Source: Lama guanicoe
Taxonomy: Eukaryota
Direction: 5' to 3'
Assembly (NCBI GenBank): GCA_013239625.1
Contig: MU053520.1
Coordinates: forward strand, 338,934 to 402,933
Length of the DNA: 64,000 nt
The position numbers were made by a program, and so were the translations under genes. Below, piece after piece: positions 38,169-49,930 of the stretch; within the stretch, counting starts at the first letter, position 1, and each line of letters begins with the position of its first letter. The notes below the pieces were generated by a model, which was not told the origin of the DNA, made no database searches, and saw only the letters and a program-made list of their open reading frames with translations.

Positions 38169-40925
38169 ACTCCTCATCCATTCATCTATAGATGAATACT
38201 TAGATTGCCTTTATAGCTCGACTATTGTAAATAATGCTGCAATATACTTAAGGATGCATATATCTTTCTGAAGTAGTGTTTTTGCTTTCTTTGGAAAAAT
38301 ATACAAGTTCATATAGTAGTTCTATTTTTATTTTTGAGGGACCTCCATACTGTTTTCCACAGAGGCTGCCCCAATTTACATTCCCACCAATAGTGCACAA
38401 GGGATGAAGTTTCTATTTCTTCCACATCCTTGTCGCACTTGTTATTGTTGTCTTTCTGAGCATAACCTTCTAGATAGGTCTGAGGTGATATTTCATTGTG
38501 GTTTCATTTGCATTTCCCTGATGATTTGTGGTGTTGAATATTTATTTATGTATCTGTTGGCCATCTGTATGTTTTCTTTGGAAAATTGTCTCTTCAGGTC
38601 CTCTACCCATTTTTTAAATCAGGCTGTTTTTGATATTGAGATGTATAAATTATTTTTATATTTTGGATATTAACCCATTATAAGATATAGCCTTTGCAAA
38701 TGTCTTCTTATTCAATGGGCTGCCTTTGTGTTTTGCTTATAGTTTCCCTTACCATACAAAATATTTTAGGTTGATGTAATCCCATCTATTTATTTTATTT
38801 GCCTGAGAAGTCAGATTATAAAAATAACATACTACAAATATCCATGTCAAAGAGCATGCTGCCTCTTTTCTTCTAGAAGTTTTATGATTTTAGGACTTAC
38901 ATTTAAGTCTTTAAACCACTTTGAGTTTATTTTTGTATATGATGTAAGAGAGTAATCCAGTCTAATTCTTTTTAATGTTGATGTTTGGTTTCTCAACACC
39001 ATTTATTCAAGAAGTTGTCTTTTCCCCATTGTAAGTTCTTGCTTCCTTTGTTGTAGATTAATTGACCATGTAAGTGTGGGTTATTTCTGGGTTCTCTATT
39101 CTGTTCCATTGATCTAATGCCCATTTTTGTGCCAGTATCATATTGTTTTGTTTCATGTGGTTTTGTAATATACTTTAAAATCAGGAAACATGATACTTTC
39201 AGCTTTGTTCTTCTTTCTCAAGATTGCTTTGGCTATTTAGGTAGTTTGTGTTTTCATACAAACTTTTGAATTATTTTTTATAGTTCTGTGAAAAAAGCCA
39301 TTAGTATTTTGATAAGTGTGGCAATGAATCTACAGATTTCCTTGGGTAGTATGATTATTTTAACAATTTTAATTTTTTCAATCCATAAGCATGTTATCTT
39401 TCCACTTGATCTTGACATCTTCAGTTTCTTTAGTCAATGTCTTATAGTTTTTTCTTAGTACAGGTCTTTTAGCTTTTTGGTTAGATTTATTCCCAGGTAT
39501 TTTATTCTTTTTCATTCTATTGTAAATATGATAGTTCATTATTAGTAAATAGAAACACAACAGGTTTCTGTATATTAATTTTGTATCCTGCAACTTTATT
39601 AAATTCATTCATGGTTTCTAATTTTTTTTTGGCATCTTTTGGCTTTTCTATACATAGTATCATGTAACCTGCAGTTGGTGACAGTTTTACTTCTTTCTTT
39701 ACAATTGAATACCTTCTATTTCTTTTTCTCATCTGATTTATTTGGGTAGGATTTCCATCCCTGTTTTAAAAGTGGTAAGAGTGGGAATCCTTTTCTTGAA
39801 CTTAGAGGAAAAAGCTTTCTATTTTTCATTTTTGAGTATGATAATGGCTGTAGATTTGTCACATATGGCTTTTATTATGTTGCGATATAGTTCCTCTATA
39901 TACATTTTGTTAAGGATTTTTATCATAAATTGATATTGAATTTTGTTGAAAGTCTTTTTTTTCTGCTTCTATTCAGATGATATAATTTGTATTCTTCAGT
40001 GTGTTAATGTGATATATTACACTGATTTATGGAGATAAACCAGGCTTACATCTCTGGGATAAATCCCACTTGATCATGGTGTGAATGATCCCTTTAATGT
40101 ACCATTGAATTCTGTTTACTAGTATTTTTTTGAGGATGTTTGCATTTATGTTCATCAGGGGCATTAGCCTGTAATTTTCTTTTTTGTGGTGACTTTGTCT
40201 AGTTTTGGTATCAGGGTGATGATGATATTCTAGAATGACTTTGAGAGTATTATGTTCTATTCAATTTGTGGGAATAATTTGAGAATTATCAGTGTTAATT
40301 CTTCTTTAAATGTTTTGTAGAATTAACCTGTGAAGCCATCTAATCACAGAATTTTGATTATTTAAGTTGACAATCTCTTAAGTTTAAACACATTCTAACA
40401 ATCCTGCATTCTTTACACCCATCCCCACTTTTAATGTTTTTTACATCATATTTTACATCTTTTTCTTTGATGTACCCCTTAACTATTTATTATGAACATA
40501 AATGATTTTACTACTTTTGTTTTTTAATCTTCCTAATTGCTTTATAAGTGGACAATCTACTACCTTTATTGTATATTTGTCTCACTTGCCAATGAGATTT
40601 TTCTTTCATAATTGTTATATTTCTATTTGTAATTTTTTCTGATAAGAGAATTCCCTTTAAAATGGTTTTCAAGTGGGTTGAGTGGTGTTGAACTCTTTTA
40701 GCTTTTGCTTGTCTGTAAAAGTTCTTACTTCTTCAAATTTGAATGACAGCTTTACAGTGTACAGTATCCTTGTGTTTGTTTTTTCCCCCTTTCATTACTT
40801 TAAATGCATTTTTTCACTACCTTCTGGCCTGCAAAGTTTCTGCTGAAAAGTCAACTAAGTCTTATATAGGAGTTACTTATATGTAACCAGCTCCTTTCCC
40901 ATTGCTGCTTTTAAGTTCTATTTTT

Positions 40926-43207
40926 TTAATTTTTATATTGAGTTAGAGTCATTTTACAATGTTGTGTCAAATTCCAGTGTAATGCACAATTTTTCAGTAA
41001 TACATGAAAATATATATATTCATTGTCACATTTTTTCCCTGTGAGCTACCATAAGATCTTGTATATAATTCCCTGTGCTATACAGTATAATCTTGATTAT
41101 CTGTTCTACATTTTGAAATCCCAATCTGTTCCTTCCCACCCCCTGCCCCCTTGGCAACCACAAGTTTGTATTCTATATCTATGAGTCTGTTTCTATTTTA
41201 TATTTATATTTTGGTATTTTTAGATTCCACATATGAGTGATCTCATATGATATTTTTCTTTTTCTTTCTGGCTTACTTCACTTAGAATGACATTCTCTTG
41301 GAGCATCCATGTTGCTGCAAATCGCATTAAGTTATCAGTTTTTATGGCTGAATAGTATTCCATTGTATAAATATACCACTTCTTCCTTATCTAGTCATCT
41401 GTTGATGGACATTGAGGCTGTTTCCATGTCTTGGCTATTGTAAATAGTGCTGATATGAACATTGGGGTGCAGATGTCTTTTTGAAGTAGGGTTCCTTCTG
41501 GATATTGCCCAGAAGTGTGACCTGGGTCATATGGTAAGTCTATTCCTAGTCTTTTGAGGAATCTCCACACTGTTTTCCATAATGGCTGCACCAAACTGCA
41601 TTCCCACCAGCAGTGTAGGAGGGTTCCCCTTTCTCCACAGCCTCTCCAGCATTTGTCATTTTTGGATTTTTTAATGACGGCCATTCTGACTGGTGTGAGG
41701 TGATAAGTAGTTTTGATTTGCATTTATCTGATAGTTAATGATATTGAGCATTTTTTCATAAGCCTATTGAGCATTTGTATGTCTTCCTTGGAGAATTGCT
41801 TGTTTAGGTCTTCTGTACATTTTTGGATTGGGTTGTTTGTTTTTTCTTATTAAGTCATATGAGCTGCTTATATATTCTGGAGATCAAGCCTTTGTTGGTT
41901 TCATTTGCAAAAATTTTCTCCCATTCCGCAGGTTGTCATTTTGTTTCGCTTATGGTTTTCTTTGCTGTGCAGAAGCTCATAAGTTTCATTAGGTCGCATC
42001 TGTTTATTCTTGCTTTTATTTCTATTGCTTGGGTAGACTGTCCTAGGAGAACATTTTTGACATGTATGCCAGGTAATGTTTTGCCTGTATTTTCTTCTAG
42101 GAGGTTTATTGTATCTTGTCTTATGTTTAAGTCTTTGATCCATTTTGAGTTTAGTTTTGTATGTGGTGTAAGGGAGTCTTCTAGCTTCATTGCTTTACAC
42201 GCTGCTGTCCAGTTTTCCCAACACCATTTGCAGAAGAGACTGTCTTTATTCCATTGTATATTCTTGCCTCCTTTGTCGAAGATTAGTTGACCAAAAGTTT
42301 GTGGGTTCATTTCTGGGCTCTCTATTCTGTTCCATTGGTCTATATGTCAAAGCATTTGATAAAATTCAACACACATTTATGATAAAAACTCTCACCAAAG
42401 TGGATATAGAGGGAACATTTCTCAACATAATAAAAGCTATATATGACAAACCTACAGCCAGCATAGGACTCAACAGTAAAAAACTCAAAAGCTTCCCACT
42501 AAATTCTGGGACAAGACAAGGATGCCCACTATCACCACTCCTATTCAACATAGTCTTGGAAGTCCTAGCCACAGCAATCAGGCAAGAGAGCGAAACAAAA
42601 GGGATCCAAATTGGAAAGGAAGGGGTAAAATTTCACTATATGCTGATGACATGTTACTATATATAGAAAACCCTAAAAGGTCCACACAAAAACTAGAGCT
42701 GATTGAAGAATTCAGCAATCTAGTAGGTTATAAGATTAATGTTCAAAAATCAGTTGCATTTTTTTACACTAACAATGAATCAACAGAAAAAGAAAGTAAA
42801 GAAACAATCCCCTTTAAAATAGCACCCAAAGAAATAAAATACCTAGGAATAAATCAAACCAAGGAGGTGAAAGAATTGTACACAGAAAACTATAAACCAC
42901 TGATGAAGGAAATTAAAGAAGATTTTAAAAAATGGAAAGATATCCCATGCTTCTGGATTGGAAGAATCAATATTTTTAAAATGGTCACACTGCCCAAGGC
43001 AATCTACAGACTTAATGCAATCCCTATCAAATTACCAAGGACATATTTCATAGAACTAGAACAAATCATAATAAAATTTATATGGAACCATCAAAGACCT
43101 AGAATTGCCAAAGCATTACTGAAGAAAAAGAAAGAGCTGGAGGAATAACTCTCCCAGACTTCAGACAATACTATAGAGCTTCATTAATCAAGACAGCATG
43201 GAATTGG
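40926..43207 (-). mobile_element. 5'-inverted younger LINE-1 (twin priming) nested in the older L1 ORF1
   Basis: Minus segment 40926-42347; plus segment 42348-43209 with RT motifs [19 protein letters not shown] and YADD. TSD ttaag(a)ttctattttt at 40911-40925 and 43208-43223. Confidence 0.93.
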
Positions 43208-44731
43208 TTAAGATTCTATTTTTATATTTCATTTTGTTCACTTTAATTATAATTGCCTTGGTGTGAATCTCTTTGGGTTCATCTGGTTTGAAATTTTCTG
43301 TGTTTCTGTACCTGTCTATTTCCTTTCTCAGTTTCAGGCAGTTTTAAACTATTATTTTTTCAAGTGTTTTATCTGACTCTTCTTCTGGAACCTCTATTAT
43401 GCCAATGCTAGTACTCTTGATGTTGTCTGAGAGATGTCTTAAACTATCCTCAGTTTTTCAAATTCTCTTTTCTCTTTTTTATTTTGTTTTGGGTGATTTT
43501 CATTACTTTGTCTTCGGGTCCACTGATACATTCCTCTGTATCATTCAATCTACTGTCAATTCCTTCTAGAGTACTTATTATTTCAATTATTGTATTCAGC
43601 CTTGTTTTGTCTTCTTTTGCGTTTTCTAACTCTTTATTAATCTTCTCATTGTGTTCATCCATTCTTCTCCTGAGTTCATTAAGCATCTTTATAATCATTA
43701 CCTTGAACTTTCTTTTGGTTACATTACTTATAACCTCTTCACTTAGTTCTTTTCTAGGGTTTTATCTTATCCTTCATCTGTATCATAGTCCTCTGTCTCC
43801 TTCTTCTGCTTATTTTTCTGTTTTTATATCTATGTATTACTTCAGATATGTCTCCCCACCTTGAGGAAGTGGCCCTGCATAGGAGATAAGCACACTCAGC
43901 AGCATACTCCCAGCTGGTCACCAGAAATATATGCTCTAGGAATGTCCTCCTGTGTGGACCCTTCAGTTGTGACAGGGTTGACTGCAAATGCACTGGAAGT
44001 TGGTCTGGCCCCAGGATTGTTAGTTGCCAGGCCCTGCCTCCTGCAGAGGCTGTAGTTGTGCTGGTTGTCAGGGAAAGATCTTTGTATAGGTGGTCATGAA
44101 GTCCAAGGAGTCTCAGATATGGTGTCATCTTGCTGTTGGGTGAGGTTATGTCTGACGGGGCCCTGAACTAGTGCTACCCCAATGGTGTGTGAGGCTAGGT
44201 CCTAGCATGTCTGGCTGTGGGCCCAGTGAGGCCAAGGGATGATGTCAACCTACTGATGGGCAGGGCTGAGCCTTGGGGATGCCTTGCCATTGGGCCCAAA
44301 GAAGTTTGAGGCTAGTGCCAGCCTGCTGGTGGGCAGGACCTTTCCCTGAGCCTATTGGTTGGTTGTGACATTTCTTGGGGTAGCTGGTGACAAGGCCCAG
44401 AGGGTTTGGGTCTGCTGCCAGCCCACTGTTGTATGGAGTTAGGTCCTCAGACTACTGGTTACACAACTTGTTCACACATGGAAGACTTTAGGCATTCTCT
44501 TTTTTCCTATTGTTCTAAAATTTCACTATGATGTGGTTTCTTTCTCATTTACTATTTTTTGCAGTGATAATTTTCAATATGGAAACTCATAATTCAGTTC
44601 TGGGAATTGTGATTTTTTATCTTTCTTAAATTCATCCCCTGTGTTTAATCCTCTTTGTAGTTCTGAAATTACTGTTTAGTGAATTTTGACTGCATTAAAT
44701 CTTTAATTTTCTTTTCTCTCCTATGTCCATC

Positions 44732-45541
44732 TGTGAGATTGTGATTCATAAGAAGAACTATGTGTATTTTTGTCTTCATCCTGTTTCTGGCAAAGAACTC
44801 CTGAACTCGTTGGAATTTCATAAGTAATAAGAGCACTAAAGGTGACTTTTGTTAGGTTAATGAGGTAAATTTTGGATTTCATCAAACATGTGCTTAAAGA
44901 ACTAGAACTTTCAACTCCACTCTCTGACCTCCAGGAAGGGGAGAGGGGCTGGAGTTTGAATCAACTGCCAATGACCAATGATTTAATCAATCATGCCTAT
45001 GTAATGAAGCCTCCATAAAAACACAATAAGAGATTCAGAGACCTTCTTCATTGGGAAACACATGGAAGTGCTGGGAGATTGGAGAAACTGGAGAGGACAT
45101 GAAAACTTTATGTTCCTCCACACATATCTTGTCCTACATATTTCTTCTATCTGGCTGTTCATCTGTATTCTTTTGTAATAAACCAGTAAAGATAAGTAAA
45201 CTGTTTTCCTAAGTTCTGTGAAATGTTCTAGCAAATTAATAAAATTTGAGGGAGGAGTCATGCGGACCTCCAATTTGTAGCCAAATTGGACAGAAGTTAT
45301 GGATAACCTGGGGACCTACAACTTGTGATTGGCAACTGAGACGGGGGAGTCTTTTTGAACTGAACCCTTAACCTGTGTGATCTGACACTGTCTCTGGGTA
45401 GACAATGTAAGAATTGAGTTGAATTCTAGGACACCCATCTGGTGTCCTGAACATGGCTTGTTGAGCTGGGGAAACCCCACCTCTACCTCTCTCTCCCCAA
45501 CATACATGTTGGAACTTGGTCCCAGAACATAAAAGACCACT
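44732..45541 (+). mobile_element. MER21-like ERV solo LTR
   Basis: tgtgagattgtg start; ctgacctccaggaaggggagaggggctggag; ccaatgatttaatcaatcatgcctatgtaatgaagcctccataaaa; AATAAA at 45177. Possible 5-bp TSD ccatc/ctatc. Confidence 0.8.
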
Positions 45542-45649
45542 CTATCAATTTGTCTTAACTTCTTTAATTTTTAAAATATTTTGTTCTATTTTAGTGTTAA
45601 ATCTTCTATTAAGGATTTTTTGTCCAGTTCTAACTTCATTATTTTCAAG

Positions 45650-46330
45650 TTAAATTCATTGAATTGTAGATTACACTCATTTAAATTTATACTTTTACAA
45701 TCCAGAGTTCTATGAGTTTTGACAGATGATAAATTATGTAACTACTACCACAGTCAACATGTAGGATATTGCCAATCATTGCGAAAAGTTTACTCATGTC
45801 CCTTTGTTGTCAGTCTTTCCTATCCACTGATCTGATTTCATTTTTTTGTATTTTTGCCTTTTCCAGAATGTTATATAAATGGAATCAACTTTTAGGCAAT
45901 CTTTTGTGTATTGCATCAATCAATAACATAATACTTTTTAGATTCATTCATGCTGTTAAATTAATGGAAGTTCACTTCTTACACTGAGCACGATTCTATT
46001 TCTGGATGTATCATAATTTTATAAACCATTTATTATTAGTTTGTGGACATCTGAGTTGTCTTTGTTGTTGTTGTTGTTGTGAACAAGTGAACTTTCATAT
46101 TCACATAGATATTTTTGTTTGTTTTGTTTGTAAATACTTTTTTGTTATTCTTGAACAAGATGATTTAGCAATAGTATTGTTAGGTAATGTGATAAGTATA
46201 TGTTTAACTTTCAGGGAACTGTCAAAACTTGTCCAAAGCATCTATATCATTTTGCATTCCCACCATCAATGTATGAGATTTACAAGGGCTCTTTGCACCT
46301 TTGTCAGTACCAGATATTTTTACTTTTGTT
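45650..46330 (-). mobile_element. Old L1 (L1MB/MC/ME-like) 3' region
   Basis: gagttttgacagatg...gtaactactaccacagtcaac...tttgccttttccagaatgttatataaatggaatc...ttttgcattcccaccatcaatgtatgag. Confidence 0.75.
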
Positions 46331-46427
46331 AGAAACCTCTACAGGCACTTGAGAGCTGGCTTCCTCTACTAATCTAGTCAATTACCACTCTTCCATCCAC
46401 TTTCAATTTTTCAGAAATATGTTCAGA

Positions 46428-47305
46428 TTTCTGCTTTCAGAAAGATGGAATATATGTACTCTTCCCTGTCCCTTCCAGTAAGAACAGCTAAAAACCATCA
46501 ACATTATGTAGAAAACAAATATAAGAAGATCCTAGAAGATGCAGAGAACAAGGAAGCCTATCTAGGGACTTCAGACCCAAGAAACAACACAGTATGATTT
46601 CCCTGAGTTTCATTTTTTCCTCCTGTACCCCAGACTTGGAGCTAAAGAAGTCATGTAACTGGAAACATCCACAGGTACAGAAAAGAGAGGTCTAACAAAA
46701 CTTGTTCTTTCTAACCAAAGGATCAGGAAAGTGGCAGCCTCATAAAATAGAAAACTTTTAGACAAAACTTCTCTATTCCAGGCAATCACCATACACACAC
46801 AAACACACACACATACAAGCAAACAGATAAATAATAATAATTAAAAAAAAAACTACAGACCCACCCCTAACCCATGCCAGCAAAGGCCAAGTGGGAAAGC
46901 TTAGACTTGCACTATTCCTAGAATGTCATGAGGATTTCCCATATCCCCACTGGGATGCTGTTACGGACAACCACATAGAGAGCTGGAATTTACATCCTTA
47001 CTGGCCAGTAAAAAAAGCCATCACTCCTTGGCGTCAGTGGAAACAACTTATGGATCCTAGATTTCCACCCAAAAGTAGTAAAGTGTTCCTCAACTTCCCC
47101 ACTGCTGTGGTGTAAGAGAAAACCCAGTGAAGAATCAGGACTTTCACTGTTGCCCTGGAGTATTGAGGCAACTCTCCCCATAGTGTCTGTGGGACCATGA
47201 AAGGAGCCAGAACTCCTTTTGCTCAGTAGTAACAAGGACTAGACTAACTTCAGGTGTCAATGAAGGTCCATTAGGAATGCTAGATTTCGACCTTCACCTG
47301 TTGGT
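46428..47305 (+). mobile_element. Old L1M 5'-end fragment (L1MC/MD-like)
   Basis: ttctgctttcagaaagatggaatatatgtactcttccc...acagctaaaaacc...aaacaaatataagaagat resembles old L1M 5' termini. Confidence 0.55.
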
Positions 47306-48249
47306 AATATTTTAATGCCTGTTCTCTTTGTCACTGATGTGATCTTCTACCATATGTTTTCTATTCTAATTTTTAGTGTATTGATTTGCTCTGGTATAGT
47401 TTACTATGAGCAAGTTGCTTTTTCAGCAATTTACTATCACTTATTTTGTTATCTTAACATTTCATTGTTAAATATGTTTCACATATTTTGTGTTTTCTCT
47501 AATTCCTGTACAAAGGTATTATTGAACATTTTTCTTCTATTACCTATAATTTTTTGCAGAGATAATTTTTCCTCCTATTTTTTTCCTTTTTATTCCATCA
47601 TTTCCATCTTTCTTTCCTTTCTATTATTTGCTCTAGTATTTTTGTATTGTTGTCCTGTCATATTTGTCTAGATTCTCTGCTAATTAAGTATGCTGATCCA
47701 TTTGGATCTTGCATTTGGTTAAGTGTTTTGTGAATGTGTTATTTTTTTGGCTCACTTCAAACATTAGATGACCTCTGCATTTGGGTTTTCCCTTCAGAGT
47801 TTCAGATTAAAGAACAAAAGTTACAGATCTGTTATGTATCCAATGTTCTGATTTTCTGTTAGCTCTTGAGGTGGGTGCTGGGTGTCAGTAAAGGGTTTTA
47901 TAGTCAGTGGATGTTTTCACTGCCCTCTCATGTATTAAATTTCATGCTGCCTTGCTGGAGTTACATGGAATACTGTAGGTACTGGGGGTAGGAGAGCTTT
48001 GATTAGCATAGAAATACCATATAACTATTATCCTGGCTTAATATGATTCTAATATTTAAGTTCACCTAGCATTAATTCCCTTCTCATTCCAAGCCAGTGC
48101 AAAAAGAAATAAAAGAGTACTTCTGCTACCTCCTGCTCACTCTTATTTACAGTGAGCAGATGGCCTCCACTTGGGACACTGTATTCTCCCTTTGGCAACA
48201 TATTTCTTCTAGGAATTTAAATTGTTTTTTTATTAATCATTCACTATTT

Positions 48250-49384
48250 TTATATTTATTTTTATCAAAGTATAGTCAGTTTATACAATGTGTCAATTTC
48301 TGGTATACAGCACAATACTTCAGTCATATAGGAACATAACCTATATTTGTTTTCATATGTTTTTTAACCATAAGTTACTACAAGATATTGAATACAGTTC
48401 CCTGTACTATATGGTATAAACTTGTTGTTTATCTATTTTATATATATATTAGCTAGTATCTGCAAATCTCAAAATCCCAATTTACTCCTTCCCACCCTCT
48501 CCTCTGAACTGGTAACCATGTCTGTTTTTTATATAAGTTCATTTGTCTTTTTTTAAATTCCATATGTAAGTGATATAATATGGTATTTTTCTTTCTCTTT
48601 CTGGCTTACTTCACTTAGAATGATGAACTCCAGATCCATCCATGTTGCTGCAGATGGTATTATTTTATTACTTTTATGGCTAATTAATATTCCATTGTAT
48701 AAATATACCACAACCACAATTTCTTGATCCAGTCATATGTCCATGGACATTTAGATTGTTTCCATGTCTTGGCTATTGTAAAGAGTGTTGCTATGAACAT
48801 TGGGGTGCAAGTATCTTTTTGAATTAAGGTTCACTCTGGATATATGTCCAGGAGTGGGCTTGCTGGATCATATGCTAAGTCTATTATTAGTCTTTTGAAG
48901 AATCTCCATACTGTTGTCCATAATGGCTGCACCAAACTACATTCCCACCAACAGTGTAAGAGGGTTCCCTTTTCTTCACAGCCTCTCCAGCTTTTATTGA
49001 TTTTGCACTGTTGAATGATGTCCATTCTGATTGGTGTGAGGTGATGCAATCTACCCAAGCAATAGAAAAAAGGATAAATAGACAAATGGGACTTAATTAA
49101 ACTTATAAACTTTTACGCAGCAAAGGAAACAATAAGCAAAACAAAAAGACAACCTACAAAATGGGAGAAAATATTTGCAAAAGATGAGCCTGACAAGGGC
49201 TTAATTTCCAGAATATATAAAGAGCTCATACAACTTAATAAGAAAAAAAAAAGAACCCAGTCCAAAAGTGTGTAGAAGATCTAAACAAGCAATTCTCCAA
49301 TGAAGACATACAAATGGTCAATAAGTACATGAAAAAAATGCTCAGTATCACTAATTATCAGGGAAATGCAAATAAAAACTACAA
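48250..49384 (-). mobile_element. 5'-inverted LINE-1 (twin priming)
   Basis: Minus segment 48250-49045, plus segment 49046-49384. 15-bp TSD aatcatt(c/a)actattt at 48235-48249 and 49385-49399, followed by AA (TTT/AA endonuclease site). Confidence 0.92.
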
Positions 49385-49636
49385 AATCATTAACTATTTA
49401 ATTGTGATAATTAGTATTATAGCTTTTCTCCTTGTCAGATGGAAACTAAATGACAAATTCTATTAATGATGTCAGTTTCTAGCAAAATGTCACTTTAACA
49501 AAGAAATATATTCTATTTCTTTTCCCTCATTTTCTAGTTCTATTCCCTTCGCATCTGGTCCACTACCACCTCACCACCCGTTCCTTTCAGATTATAATTA
49601 TCAAGGACACACCCTAAATTTGTAAAGTTCATTTTA

Positions 49637-49930
49637 TGTATTTATTTATTTATTATTGAAGTGTAGTTGATTTCCAATGTTGTTTTATTTTTTTGGTGTA
49701 CAGCAAAGTAATTCAGATATATATAGATACATATAGATATAATTATTTTATCAGATTCTTTTCCATTATAGTTTACTATAAGATATTGAATATAGACTTG
49801 TGCTATACAGCATGACCTTGTTGTATATCTATTTTATACATAGTAGTGTGTATCTCCTAGTCCCAAGCTCCTAATTTATCACTCCCCATTTCCTCTTTGG
49901 TAATAATAAATTTGTTTTCTATGTTGGTAA
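49637..49930 (-). mobile_element. 5'-truncated L1 3' UTR stub
   Basis: (TTTA)n tail and ttattgaagtgtagttg terminus; perfect 16-bp TSD tgtaaagttcatttta at 49621-49636 and 49931-49946. Confidence 0.92.

Larger units (their letters stand above)
37770..44470 (-). mobile_element. Older LINE-1 (L1MA-type 3' end, partial ORF2, ORF1, 5' UTR) with an internal deletion and a nested L1
   Basis: 3' UTR 37770-38070; ORF2 remnants to ~40345; inter-ORF and ORF1 40360-43800 (ORF 43450-43698 IIKMLNELRRRMDEH, coiled coil); GC-richer 5' UTR 43830-44470. Confidence 0.85.

Noticed and set aside
41823..42290. Recurrent hydrophobic ORF family (also 1678-2136, 17017-17394, 18976-19513)
   Set aside because: Antisense shadow frames of the same L1 ORF2 region, not a gene family.
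42190..43148. Novel chimeric RT protein (158-aa and 208-aa ORFs)
   Set aside because: Product of the twin-priming junction and frameshifts in a dead L1; no evidence of expression.
47315..47671. 118-aa hydrophobic membrane-like ORF
   Set aside because: T-rich low-complexity sequence, probably antisense old L1; no recognisable domain or gene structure.
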